Source of the DNA: Marsupella aquatica
Lineage: Eukaryota > Plantae > Marchantiophyta
DNA length: 64,000 nucleotides
Assembly (NCBI GenBank): GCA_973895155.1
Contig: OZ316896.1
Span: 7,895,539-7,959,538, forward strand
Reading direction: 5' to 3'
Shown here: positions 24,018-35,700 of the stretch, piece by piece
Position numbering within the stretch: the first letter of the stretch is position 1
Layout: every line of letters starts with the position of its first letter
Notes under the pieces: model-generated
The model's input: only the letters and a program-made list of their open reading frames with translations
Told to the model about the DNA's origin: nothing
Databases searched by the model: none
Program-made: the position numbers and the translations under genes

Positions 24018-27000
24018 ATGGAACCCGGGCCGAGGCCGGAAGAAAGGACGCCGGGGGAGAGAACACGATTAGGGTTAGGGCGCGCTAAGCGTCGGTGGCT
24101 AGGGGTGACCAACGGGTGGGAATACCAGTGGAGGAGAGGGGTAAGGACCGCTCGCGAGGAATAGTGGCTCATTTGCAAGCACAAACTGAGCAGACAACTA
24201 CGGGAGGCCAAATACTGTCAGCTGCTTAGGCAAGCACTCTGGGTGGGAACAGATACCAATGATCGACTCAAGGAGGGTATGAGCAACGTCAATCAAGCGG
24301 CACATTTTTGGGGATGCCTGTTCAAACGGGCAGGTGAGTACGTCAGGACTTACGAGGACGAAGAATCGGAGAGAGCAGCTCGAGAATGGCAGGAGCTTGC
24401 TCGGCTCTGGGAACTGTAGAAGACGGCTTTCTTAGGAGGAGAACTTATCAAGGCCAAGTTCTTGTGGACTCCTACTGCCAATCAGCTCGACCACCTTCTG
24501 TTTTGCGAAAATAGAATCGTTAGCATCCGGGAAGCCATCAATCGCTGCAACGACCTACACTGGGAGTTGAAGGGTAGCACGGAAGGGTGGACAAGGGCAA
24601 CCTTGCTAGGAGAAACATCCACGGCAGCCGAGATGAAGAGGAAAGGAAGCAACAATGAAGAGGCCACCCCGGCAAAAAGAACGAGGTCGGCGGCACCAAG
24701 GAAGCCAGCAGAGCAGCAAAGCAGGAGGCAGGGAGAAGCCGAAGAGGAAGAGGTCAATCCCATCAATGCCATTCCAACAAACGATGACACCTGGAAAGGC
24801 TGGGCAGCGACCCTACCGGAGGAAGTGCAATTACACTTTGCACGGGAGGAGGATGCATGCTTTACGGCCATGCAGACCAAGAAGTACCAGGGCTTCATGG
24901 CCGGATCCGGCTTGGAAGCCTTCGTAAGATTACCATGGCTGAAGCCGGAGGTGCCGGACTCAGACTTATTAGAATTTGTGGGATCATGGGAACCCGAGAC
25001 CAATTCCACGAGGGTGTATGGGAAGGATTTCTATCTCACTCCCCGGGTGATTGCCGAGGTGTTTGGCTTGCCGATGGGTAATAAGACCAAGGTTGATACC
25101 AGGAAGACCTTACCTGACAAGGAGTTCCGGTCATTCCTAGGGCCATCAACAAAGAATGGCTTCTTCCGGAACACCTGCACCAACCCGCACATCGGAGAGA
25201 TGATCAATTTCTTACGAGTGACCATGCATTGTAACTTGCCGAGGGCAGAGATCGGCAAGGCTCAGGTCTACCTGGCAGAAAGGCCAGACCCAAGCCGGGA
25301 TTACAACGGGTACCTCCTCAACCAACTAAAGAAGATCTTGAAGGAGGAACAGCAGGTGATCGGCGTGGGAAGCGTGTCCCGGCTTGGCTATCACATGCCG
25401 TTGTTGTGCCGGTATGCCAGAAGTCAAATCTTTGCCCCAGTACTTCCCCTATCGGCAAGGGCACCGGAGGAAGTTCTGGAGCAGAGGCCGGCAACAAAAG
25501 AGCCCAACCAACCTATCAGTCCTACGATCGAGCAGGTGTTTCGGCCAAGGAAAGAAGACTTGCCGATGCAGCAATCAGGCATGCAGAATCTGCTGAAAAT
25601 GCTGGAGAAGGAGAGAACGGCACCAGCAACGACAACGGCACCGGTACAGGACACTGCCCCAGAGGCCGGCCTAAGCCGACTCAGGAGGGGAAACCCCTTT
25701 ACCGGAACCAAGGAGAGAAGGAGGCCGGAACACAAGCCGGGAGTGCGAATGTATGTGGGAGCCTCAAGCCCCGAATCGGAGGCAAAGTAGCCTAAGGCTC
25801 CTTCCCGCGGAGAGCAAAGGGAGAGGACAGCCTCAAACCCAGAGGAGGAACAAGGGCCAGTGATCTGTGAGGCCATTTTCACAGGTGGACCAGGGGAACA
25901 GAGGGGGAAGCTGGGAGTCCAAGCAATGGAGGAGACGGTGGAGGACTACAGCAATGATAACTCTGGCTATGGGTCGGATCATCATGTTCCAGGAGTAAGG
26001 ACCTGTGGCCGATTTATCCCCACGCTTCCAAGAGTAGTTTGAGGGGACCCCACCCAGCAGAGTAGCCCCGAGTCTCCCCCACCAGAGGTTGCTCCCCCGA
26101 GCTTTGACGGCATAAAGCAGACGGCAGAAGACTTTTAGGAGAGACTCAGGCCGGGAGGAAGAGTGGGCAGCCCTGGCTAGGGAGAAAGATTTACCAGGAG
26201 GAGATTGGCCGGAGGACATCAGGCAGCTTGCCAAAAAAAGAAGCAACCCTCTTGCCACCATAGAAGAAATCCGCAAGGCGGCTTGGGAACAGAGGCCGAG
26301 ATGGTTGATGCCGATGAATTCTACTTACTCCACCTATGCTAAGGATAGAGCCATGGAGTACAGGGAGATGTGTGGGGACCTGGCGCTCAGCATCTTTGGG
26401 GAGGAGTTGGAGCAGGGACCTTTCTTCTAGAGGGAGAGGTTGGAGAAGCATCGATTAGAAGAAGCAGTGGCTTTGGAGAGAAGCAAAAAGGACGAGGTCA
26501 TCCGGCGGCTTAGGGAGAAGGAAGCCGAGGTGGAAGTCCTGCAGGCGGCCAAGAAAGCCCAAGATGAGCTACGGATTAAGCGGCATGAGCTAAACATCAT
26601 GCAGGGGCAGTTGGATACCGCTCAGTCTGACAATCAGATTATCAAAGATAAACTGACTCGGACCCAAGGAGAGTTGGCCGGCGCAGTCAAGGAAAGAGAG
26701 AAATGGAAGCGGGAGCTGAGGGACGCAGAGGAGGCCCACTTAACCGCCAACAACCGGGCCATGGCGGAGACTCAGAGAAGGGAGAGGGCGTTGAAAGGAG
26801 AGATCGAAGATATCCACGGAGCCCTGGAGCAGAAGGAAGCAAAGTTAGGGAAATCATATCAAGGGATTATTGCGCTGCAGCAGGAGCTTGCATCCTTGAC
26901 GGCCAGCTTCAAGGCTGACCTGCGTGAAAAGGACGACCAGCTTGACCAGACTTATGCCAAGATGAATAAGATGGAGTCTGTGGTCATAGCAGAGCTCGAC

Positions 27001-28033
27001 CAGTAGCTAAGAGCAACCCAAGAGCTCGGGGGTTTCACTTCCACAAAAATGGCATATCACGTGCGACGAAGGATAGGGTCATTTTATTGGTTCTAAGGAA
27101 AGACTTACGAATTTTTGTAGAAGAACAATAGGGTGTCTTTTAAATTCAATTTTGAGACTTATAAGAACATTAGGGTCTTTTTAATCCAATTTTTAGAATA
27201 TTCCAAGAATATTCCAACTTTATAGGGGTTAAAAAATAAAAAAAAATTCTTACATTTTAGGGGGTCCGAGGCCTAAAAACGTCGCAGGCAATAGGGAGGT
27301 CCCCATATAGTGAGACCCCTGAGCCCAAGAGGAGAGGGCTACCTTAAAGAAAGAATTGGAGGAAGCCGAAAAGGAGCTGGAGGAGGCGCGCAAGGACCTG
27401 GACGAGACCCAGGAGGAGTTGAAGGAAATCACAAGGAAGATGGAGAACCTACAGCGGTGGGCCGACAACCAAACAGAGCGGCTGAAGAAACAAGCCGTAG
27501 TATTTAAATGCTTGGCTTCATCAGGTCCAACTCCAATTGGGGCAACCCAGTTACCAGGGGTAGTATTGGCCGAAGGGCAAGCCGAGACACTCACCCTGGT
27601 GCCGGAGGTAAGTGGCAAGGGGAAGGAACCGGCTGTCGAAATAGGGAAGAAGAAGAAGCGGAAACCTTCTAGGTCTGGGAGTTATACGGCTTCTCAAGCC
27701 GTTGTGACCGAGAAGGTAAACCCGGCACCAACCTCCGACATCGACACGGCGGTGGGTCCACCAGTCCTAGGAAGTGGGGATGGCCAGGCCGAGGCCGGGA
27801 CAACCAGTAATAAAGTTGAGGTACCGGATCCTCCACTAGAACATGTCGGGGAGGCCGTAGCCGTATCGGAGGCCGTGGCCGATGCTAAGGCCAAAGCCGA
27901 GGGTGGACCCAATCAGGCCAATGAAGAGTTGACTCGGTCAGGGGCAGGTAATCTGTCAGAGGACGGACCAACGGCAGTGGCTGCGGAGGAAGCGTTGGGG
28001 GCGTCCATTGAGGACCAGCCACCAGTTTCGTGA
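24018..28033 (+). pseudogene. L3 ORF, reconstructs to ~1230 aa: PMD/Transposase_32-like domain, long coiled coil, disordered tail
   Basis: Pieces 24462-25790, 25860-26042, 26440-27006 and 27356-28033 join after allowing for in-frame stops, a small insertion near 26150 and the MITE. Motif 'GLEAFVRLPW..LLEFVGSWEPETNSTRVYGKDFYLTPRVIAEVFGLPMG'. Confidence 0.75.
27025..27323 (+). mobile_element. MITE family 2, copy 2
   Basis: Same TIR; 8-bp TSD CCCAAGAG. The empty site is visible in L4 at ~63833-63840. Confidence 0.95.
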
Positions 28034-29657
28034 CGGTGCAAGGGCGCCGTTCCTTTTAGGAAGGGCGGACGTGGAGGTAGGAGGCGTGAGTGGGCAGGGC
28101 GGGCGCTGATCTCCAAGTTTAGACTAAGGATCAGGACCAGGCGATGACCCTGACACTTAGATTAGTGGGATTGCGGATCCACGAGTGAGGGCGACACTTG
28201 TGCTCCTACCTCATTGTACATAGGTAGATTACAGTTAGGTAGATTACAGATAGGTAGATTAGGCTTACACTGCAAGGAATCAGGCGGATCCACAACCAGG
28301 ATAAGTACCTGGGCTGCGGGGAGTTCAGGGCCTCTTCTTTAGCAAGTTTTTAGTTGCACCAGTAGGGCTGGGATCAAGTAGTAAGAGAAGCTCTCGGTTA
28401 GTTATACAGTGACCCTTGTGTATATTCATGTTTCCTCATGCCTAAGAGCTGAATAGAGTTGGTCTCATGGCTTAGTTTGCAGAGCTTGTGTATGAGATGT
28501 ACTATTTGTATGGCAAGTGCATGGTATAACTCAGTCAGAATGAGTCATTTTGCTATTTGTGTGTTGCATTAACTTGTGTGAAGAGTACCCACATCAACAA
28601 GTAGAAGAAGGGAAGTAAGCAAGGGAGTGAGAGTTGGATGTGTCGAGCTGAGAGAGGTCTTAGCGGCTTAACCAAGCCAATTGGGGATCATTCCGGCGGC
28701 GGAATCCAAATATACCTAACCAACAGGAGGGAAAGACAAGAGAAGGCCTAGATTAGGCCGGCTACGTATCTCATGACCCGATGAAGGATCTGTCCAGTAT
28801 ATGTGTGTAAAATGTTAATAGTACTAGTAGAGGAGGTTAGCAGCGTCCCATGCCGCTAAGCCTCGCCGAGCACGAAACCTGCGGGAATCGGCTTGTGCGG
28901 GGGGGTTTCTTGGGTTTGGGGAGCCATGGGACGCACCACAGGAAGGATAAGATAAGTAATTAGGAGGGGTGTTGGGGTTTAGGGATGAGATAAGTAATTT
29001 ACTAGGAGGGGTTTGGGGTTTTCAAACAGGATAAGTAATTAAGAGGGGTTTGGGGTTTAGGGAATGATGAGATAAGTAATTAGGAGGGGTGTTGGGGTTG
29101 TTACTAGGGGTTTAGGGGTTGAACACAACTTTACTAATTAGAAGGGGTTTGGTTTGTAAGGCAGGTTTATTTCAAAGTTGGTATGACTTTTGGATTAGGC
29201 TACAAAATTTTATGCTAACAAATTAAGGTTGGTTTTCTAAATGCTACCCAGTTCAGGGTCATTTAGATTTTCAGCATCGTACAGTAAATAATGCTTATGC
29301 ATTGCGAGAGTCTGGGCATCTGAAAGGTACAAGGGCAATAAATATGCAATTTCTTTCTTACATAATACTCTTTGTTGTCAGTATATTTTTAGGGGACCTA
29401 TATTGTTCAATCCCTTTTAAGTATAGGGTATAACAAGTTCAAGTTCACTTGTTGGTTTGCAGTTTTTCCCTCTTACTTTTGGATTGGGCTCATTTACTTT
29501 GAGCCACAAGACCTATAGGCATTGTTGAGCCTAGATCTCATAAAGGTACTTCTTCACCTTTTGCCAATTTGGGTTTGGTTTTAAAAACCAATTTAGAGTT
29601 GTTAATTTCTTGCCCCTCTTCCTAATTACCATTTTGCAATTAACCCATGCAGTGGCC

Positions 29658-29873
29658 ATGTCATCAAGTTCTGAGTTGTCATCCACAAACTCATCTTCCT
29701 CTGATGAAGAGGATCCACCTCCTCCACAACCTCCTCGTGGTCCACCCCGCCAACTTTGTGTGTGTACCCAATGAATGGGTCAGGTCTCCCAGAAATCTTA
29801 TGTATGAGCTGAACATATAGAGAGATATGGGCGCCATGTACAAGGTCATTCTGGAGCTTCTTCCTCCCATATG
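29658..29873 (+). pseudogene. CACTA-A exon 1: Ser/Pro-rich leader and CxCxxC..H Zn-ribbon (Transpos_assoc-like)
   Basis: Translates MSSSSELSS...LCVCTQ*MGQVSQKSYV*AEHIERYG...HM followed by a GTGAGT donor; homologous to 40496-40729; two TGA stops. Confidence 0.75.
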
Positions 29874-29991
29874 GTGAGTTTCCAAAATTGTATGGCTAGC
29901 TTCTTCATTTAGGGAAGCATCTTTTACGTTTTTAAGGTAGAGAGTACATTGTATTTTTTGTTAATTTATTTGGTTTTGTTGGAATATATAG

Positions 29992-30813
29992 GTATCCAAT
30001 AGGCTTAGACCTGCAGGACCAGCACCATATGTACCATCACAGGCAGTTGTAGATGCTATAGGCCAAGCCTTTCCACGTGTCTTCAATGGTCTAAGGGTAG
30101 GGGCTACCAATGTTGAAGGGGAAGTTGAGGAAGAGCCAGTAGTCCCAAGAGGGAGAAATCGGTCAAAGAGGAGGCCAAGAGGGGCCACCGATGCATATAA
30201 GTGTGTGGTTGAGGGTAGGTGGGGTAATTGTGAGTTCACAGGAAGATGTGTTCCTATTATCACGGATTGGGATCCTACAACTCTTGGGTTGCCAAACAAT
30301 CTGGCCCATGGTGAGCAGGTAGAAGTTTGGGGGAGACGTTGGGTTGTCAAACCCTCCACACTTGGAGACAGACATGGGTATGGAGTTTTTGCTTGTGAGG
30401 ACATCATAGTGGACTATGAGGTTGGTAGAGGTGGCCGTAGTGTAGAGGGACCTACTTTGTTTCCATATGGTGGACCCATCTACAAGAAGAGGCATTGGAA
30501 CATGATCCTCACACAACACCCTGAGTGGAAGACATATGCATTGGAGATGGATACTCATGAGGCCAACACTAGGTGCTATAGTGATCAGCGAGTGATAGAT
30601 GGGGACCCAATTCGAACTGGAAATATTGCTGGTTTTATTAATAGTACCGTGGGGTCTCAGCCTAAGCGTAGGCGGAACTGTGAGTGGGTATTCATTGAGG
30701 GTCCCCCACCGGCACCATATGGTCAAAGTTATCATCATGACCATTGTCTAGTTGTAGCTACCAGGACCATTTTAGCTGGTGATGAGTTGTTTACTCACTA
30801 TGAGTGGGATTAG
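29992..30813 (+). CDS. SET-domain exon of CACTA-A
   Basis: Open from the AG acceptor (29990-29991). SET motifs: VKPSTL..HGYGVFA, FPYGG, Y.L..D, IDG..GNIAGFINS, NCEW, VATRTILAGDELFTHYEW. Confidence 0.9.
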   Translation, partial: VSNRLRPAGPAPYVPSQAVVDAIGQAFPRVFNGLRVGATNVEGEVEEEPVVPRGRNRSKRRPRGATDAYKCVVEGRWGNCEFTGRCVPIITDWDPTTLGLPNNLAHGEQVEVWGRRWVVKPSTLGDRHGYGVFACEDIIVDYEVGRGGRSVEGPTLFPYGGPIYKKRHWNMILTQHPEWKTYALEMDTHEANTRCYSDQRVIDGDPIRTGNIAGFINSTVGSQPKRRRNCEWVFIEGPPPAPYGQSYHHDHCLVVATRTILAGDELFTHYEWD

Positions 30814-30848
30814 GGATAGGGTGACTAAGTTGGAATATATTTGTAGAG

Positions 30849-32700
30849 TGTGATACCTGTAGTTTGCCATAGAGAACCAAAAATCACATTTTAAAGTCTC
30901 CAAACTCGGTATTCGTTCCCTTTAAGAACAAGATGGGGTTGGTTTGATGTAATAAACTAAAAACAAAGCTTTAAGCTCTTGTGTCACACATAGTAATCAA
31001 TCTTGACTACTTTAATCAGGTACTTTGAAGATCGCTCCACAGCGGTGAGTAGTTTTTGATGATAACTCAACATCAGATAACCTTCAATTAAGCAAAAGAT
31101 TGCAATTAACAAAACACAAGGAAAAATCTCTCAGAGTATGCTTAAGGGAGTCTGGAATAGACCAAGGTTACTCCTTAGACATAAGTAATAATGGAATGAC
31201 TTTAAAGGGAATCCAAATCCACACGGCTTTTCAGATCTAAACTGCATACTAGAGTATCCTTTTAAAATGCCGGCAACATGTCTTGACCTTTCTTCCTAAG
31301 TGATACTTAGTCAAGATCTAAAAGGATAAATACTTCAGCATTTAGATGGTACTAAGCAACATGAAGGTGAAAACATCATTTCCAATGTAACTTAAACTCA
31401 ATGAGTTAACTCTAAGAACTTGTGAGATTACAATGTGTCACCAAAGCGGAATCTGACATTATAATTCACGAGATTCATAACTGAGGTTTTACTTCAAGTA
31501 TTTGGGTTCCAAAATACAAGAAGGAGGTAAGTCTCTCCAAATGTTAAACCTGATCTCGAACTCATAGATTCATGATCAACTAGTTTAACACAAGGGAGAG
31601 GCAAAACTGCAAAACTTAACCATCTCTCTACACTAGGGAAAGAGGTATAAATAGTGATGAACTACAGAATAAGAGGTCACAGGGTCGAAGAGACATGCCT
31701 CTTCATAACCCTCAAAAAGTCAAAACGACGATTCAATAAGTGGAAAGCCGGAAAAAATGGCTAAGTATGAACTCTTAAACTCTTAAAAACTTAAACTCTT
31801 AAAAACGTAAAAACTTAAACTCTTAAACTCTTAATTTCGGTATACTAAAAATTGAGTAGATTCAACTATTTTTAACTTTCTACTCCTGGTTCGGAAAACT
31901 CTGAAATTTTTCCAGTAGGGTTTCCTAGGTACAGACTACACACTAAAGAAGTATGACAGCTTCTAAAGCTCTAGAACACATTTCTAAAAATCAGATAAGA
32001 TGCACTACTCTAAAAACTAACTAAGAACACTTAGAGACTTCTTCAAGCTTGCTGTCGGATGTCCTCTGGTTCTAGTAACTCCACAAGGGTAACAATTCAG
32101 TTTTGGGTAACCTCTATCAGCTTAGCTTGGCGTGGGGATCCTCTGGAGTATGGTAGGCACCTCAGTTGTCTCTCAGGATACATCAAAGGCATTCTCTTCA
32201 TCAAATAACAGGAATCTATACGAAGAGCTTCTCTGTATATCCCTAGTACATCATAGTTGTTGCAGGTGGCAGCATATACTTGGGGATAGTGATGCAGAAA
32301 CTCATCACTATTCATCATCCTGGAATAGAAGGGTCGAAGTCTCCATTTGACATCTCTGAAATACCGGTTGAAGCTGGGCAGAGTTTGAGAGGTAAGGTGG
32401 AAGAGAAGTCAGTAATGAGCGCCTATGTCTTGCATTCCTTCCCTTTCAAGGTGAGCTCTTCATCCGTTGTGGAGTCCCGTTGAACTAGTTGTAAGATGTC
32501 ACGATCACAGAGTCGCCAAATCTTAAGGTGTAACTCGTAAAGAAGTGAACTAGTAAACTCGTAAACTGAGTTTACTCGTAACTTAGGAACTTAGTAACTT
32601 TGAATGCTGTTTTAGTTACAGTTAGCAATAATTGCAGTCTAAACACCGTAAAAAATTTAAAAATTTTCAGTTTCTTCATGCTTTTGGAATTACCCACTAC
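30849..32700. mobile_element. Unclassified LTR-retroelement-like fragment between the SET and Tnp2 exons of CACTA-A
   Basis: This spacer is ~2 kb in A versus ~120-150 bp in B and C. It has TGTGAT(30849)...ATCACA(32509), a TATAAATAG box, AACTCTTAA microrepeats and a PBS-like TGGCGACTC on the minus strand (32510-32518). No clean TSD; boundaries uncertain. Confidence 0.45.
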
Positions 32701-35700
32701 TTACAATACCATTATATATATATGGCGTTTGCCCGCATTTTGTATTTATTATTCATTGCCCACCATTTGTGCATTTTGAATATGTATTTTTTGTTGTGAG
32801 TCTAAAATAGATTGAACATGATTTTTTTTCATAGAATGTGCGCCCCTCTCAAAAGATGTTACCACGGAGGTTGAGGGCAACATATGAGCAAATGGGTATC
32901 CATCAGAAGGGCAAGGGTCACCGCCTGGTTCATCATCAAGTGAAGATGATACCCATAGCGTTGAGGATGTGCCACAACAAAGGGATGATGAGGCCATGGA
33001 GCCCCAAGACAGAGCCATGGATGAGTTCATGGTAGATTGGTTTGGAGCTGACCCGACACATGAAGTGGAAGACCTTGTACATGAAGAACATGCCACATCC
33101 AATGACCCACGGCCATGACATACACCAGAGGGACAACGCCAATGGGAGGAAGCAGAGAACCATGCCCAAACACCTATCTATGAGGGTGCACGACTGAGTA
33201 GACTTTCAACAATCTTGGGGTTGTTGAATCTTCAGGCCAAACATAAGGCCAACAATGCCTTACTATTAGATATGTTTGCATTTTGCCATGACTTCATGTT
33301 ACCCAGTGAGAACAATTTGCCAGGAACTCGGAAGGAGGCAAAGAGTGTGTTGTCATCCATTGGCACGGAATATCATATCATTCATGCATGTGTGAATGAT
33401 TGCATGTTATTTCATGGGACTACTGAAAACCTAACAGAGTGTACAACATGTCATGAGCTTCGGTATGACCCTAACATGTTGACAAAGAAGGTGCCAAGGA
33501 TATAAGGCTTGCTCCACTTGTGGCCCAAGCTTTGAGGACATGGCCAAATATTGTGCATGGCTTAGAAAAATTGTTTACATCGGGCATACAAAGTTTCTTC
33601 CAATGGGGCATGACATGAGGTCTGACCCACTTTTATTCTCCTCCTTTGACATGCCCCTTGGTGATGAGCGTGAAAAACCTGATGCAACCAGTTTTGCATA
33701 TTGGAAGTCGCTAGCAGATAGGGTGGCAGACCCACTTGATCCTCTCACCTTTGATGGGACCGGCTTAACACGTTGGAGTATACTAGCCACTTTGCCTTAT
33801 TGGTCTGAGATGAAGATCCGTCATTTGTTAGACCCCATGCACATAGAAGGAAATGTGGGGAAGGCATTGATTAAGGCTTTCTATGGGGATAAAGAGACTA
33901 ATTTCAGGGAGGCATGTGAGGATTTGGAAATGCATCCAGATGTATGGATAATTGTTGATCCTATTACAGGTATAGAGCATCGTCCTTCTGCTCCTTGGGT
34001 GCTCAGTGTTGGTCAAAGACGGGAGTTTTGGAATTGTATAGGAGAGATGCAATTTCCTACAGGATATGGAGCCAATCTTCAAAAGGCTTTTGGGATGGAG
34101 GACAATCACAAGTGGCCATGATATCTCGAGACACATGACTATCACCGGTTATTGCAACATATATTGCCAGTGGCAATCATAGGTCTTGGCAGTGAAGAAG
34201 TGCAAGATGCCATTTGGTCATTGGGTTGTTTGTTGAGATGGATATGCTCAAAGGAGATAGATGTAGAGGAGATCCCTAGGATGGAGATATTGGCAGCTGA
34301 GGTGGTGTGCAAGTTGGAGAAGGCCCTCCCTCCCTCCTTCTTTGATTGTCAAATTTACTTACTTGTGCATCTTGTGCGTGAGGTTGCTATTGCTGGTCCA
34401 GTGCATTGTCGATGGATGTATTGGTTGGAGCAATACATGGTTGTATTGAAGGCTTATGTACGTAATCGTGCACGGGTGGAGGGGAGCATAATTACAGGAT
34501 ATTTGGCAGTGGAGAGCATGTTTTATTGTAGTAACATCTTGGCCACAATTGATCCTACTTGCCCACGTACTTGGATGGAGGAGAGGGATGTGGAGAAGGA
34601 CCGTTTAACTGGAGCAAAAAAGACACGCATGTTGACATCAACAGAGTGGTCACAGTTGACAACATTCATGTTGAATAACAGCAATGTCATGGATGAATGG
34701 AGGGAGTTTTATGAGAATGCCAAAAGTATGAGTACAAGGGCAAGGATTTTTCCTAAATTGCATGACTATATGAAGCTGAAGTTGGTTGAGTTGGATAACA
34801 TGGTGGCACAAGGAGGAGATGTATTGATCAGACTTTCCGGGTATCACGGATGATGTGCGGAGCATTGTTCATGGCCCTTTGAGAGAAGTAACATCTCGGA
34901 CGGCAATGTGGACACAAGGGAGGCATTTCAGGTCCCACTAGTATCTAACCTTGTTGCCATTACAATTATTGTGTTCATTTATCTATATTGACCTTGGGGG
35001 TGTTAATCCCCATTTCTTTTGAGCTTCTTTTCATTGGGGTCTATACCTTTGATGCTTTGTTTCTCGCTTCCCTTTTGAACATTAAATTATGATTTTTGTC
35101 TTTTTCTTTCCCTCTTACTTTTGGTTTTGTTAATTTTAGGATTTCTTCCCTTGATGAGAAGAGAGGCTGTACCTTTGATTGTGGAGTTCAAGGCCAGTTC
35201 TCTCAAGACTCCTGAAGTAGTTGCCATGACAGGAATATTGTTCGAGATGTGGTGCCACACTATGGAAAGATAGAGGAGATCTTGGTGGTATCATATGACA
35301 CCCATTCAAAGTTTGAGGAGTATGTCTTGAAGTGCAAGTGGTTCAAAGTAAATCTTGCTGGTCAGAATTGAACTGTACTTCAAGATGAGAGTGGGTTCAC
35401 TACTACATATTGGCCCCTTTTGCGAAGCTTTTTTTTGACGCCGGGATGGTCTTGCGATGTCATCGACTTCAGATATTTTGTGATCAAACACGCATCACAA
35501 TAAACCATGCTCAAAGGTTCGCAACATAGTGTTGCGAAGCTAAATACCTCGCAATTTGTTTGAGATCGGATTGAATTTGCAACTCTTTCAGATACTATTA
35601 GTCTCACAAAGTATTTGTGGATCCGCGACCATCGCGACTGCATTTGGATCTCTTTTGTTTCATAATTTAGCGATAATAATGTACTCAAATATATCTTGTG

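Larger units (their letters stand above)
23902..28940 (+). mobile_element. L3: ~4.7-kb coding solo-LTR-like element (5.0 kb including a MITE)
   Basis: Termini TGTGATGC...GCACCACA; 5-bp TSD GGAAG (23897-23901 / 28941-28945). A second copy starts at 60699. Confidence 0.92.
19340..29125 (+). repeat. Telomere-like G-rich minisatellite in CACTA-A (120-bp unit of ~40-bp subunits), in three pieces: ~19340-19435, 23421-23901, 28941-29125
   Basis: GATAAGTAATT..GAGGGGTTTGGGGTTTAGGG units recur with a 120-bp period at 23461, 23581, 23701 and 23821; the array is split by the L2 and L3 insertions. Confidence 0.92.

Noticed and set aside
29772-29807. Two in-frame TGA codons exactly where the CACTA-B Zn-ribbon has Cys, suggesting selenocysteine
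   Set aside because: Land plants lack the Sec machinery, no SECIS was identified, and element A is decayed elsewhere; TGY-to-TGA point mutations are sufficient.
30849-32509. TGTGAT...ATCACA segment as a fifth solo LTR
   Set aside because: The flanks (TAGAG / GAGTC) do not form a 5-bp TSD and foreign-looking sequence continues past 32509; kept only as an unclassified fragment.
30205-33505. A single SET-transposase fusion ORF like SETMAR
   Set aside because: All three SET exons end in a stop shortly after YEWD, and no conserved donor before the stop was found; alternative splicing fits better, though cDNA is needed to decide.
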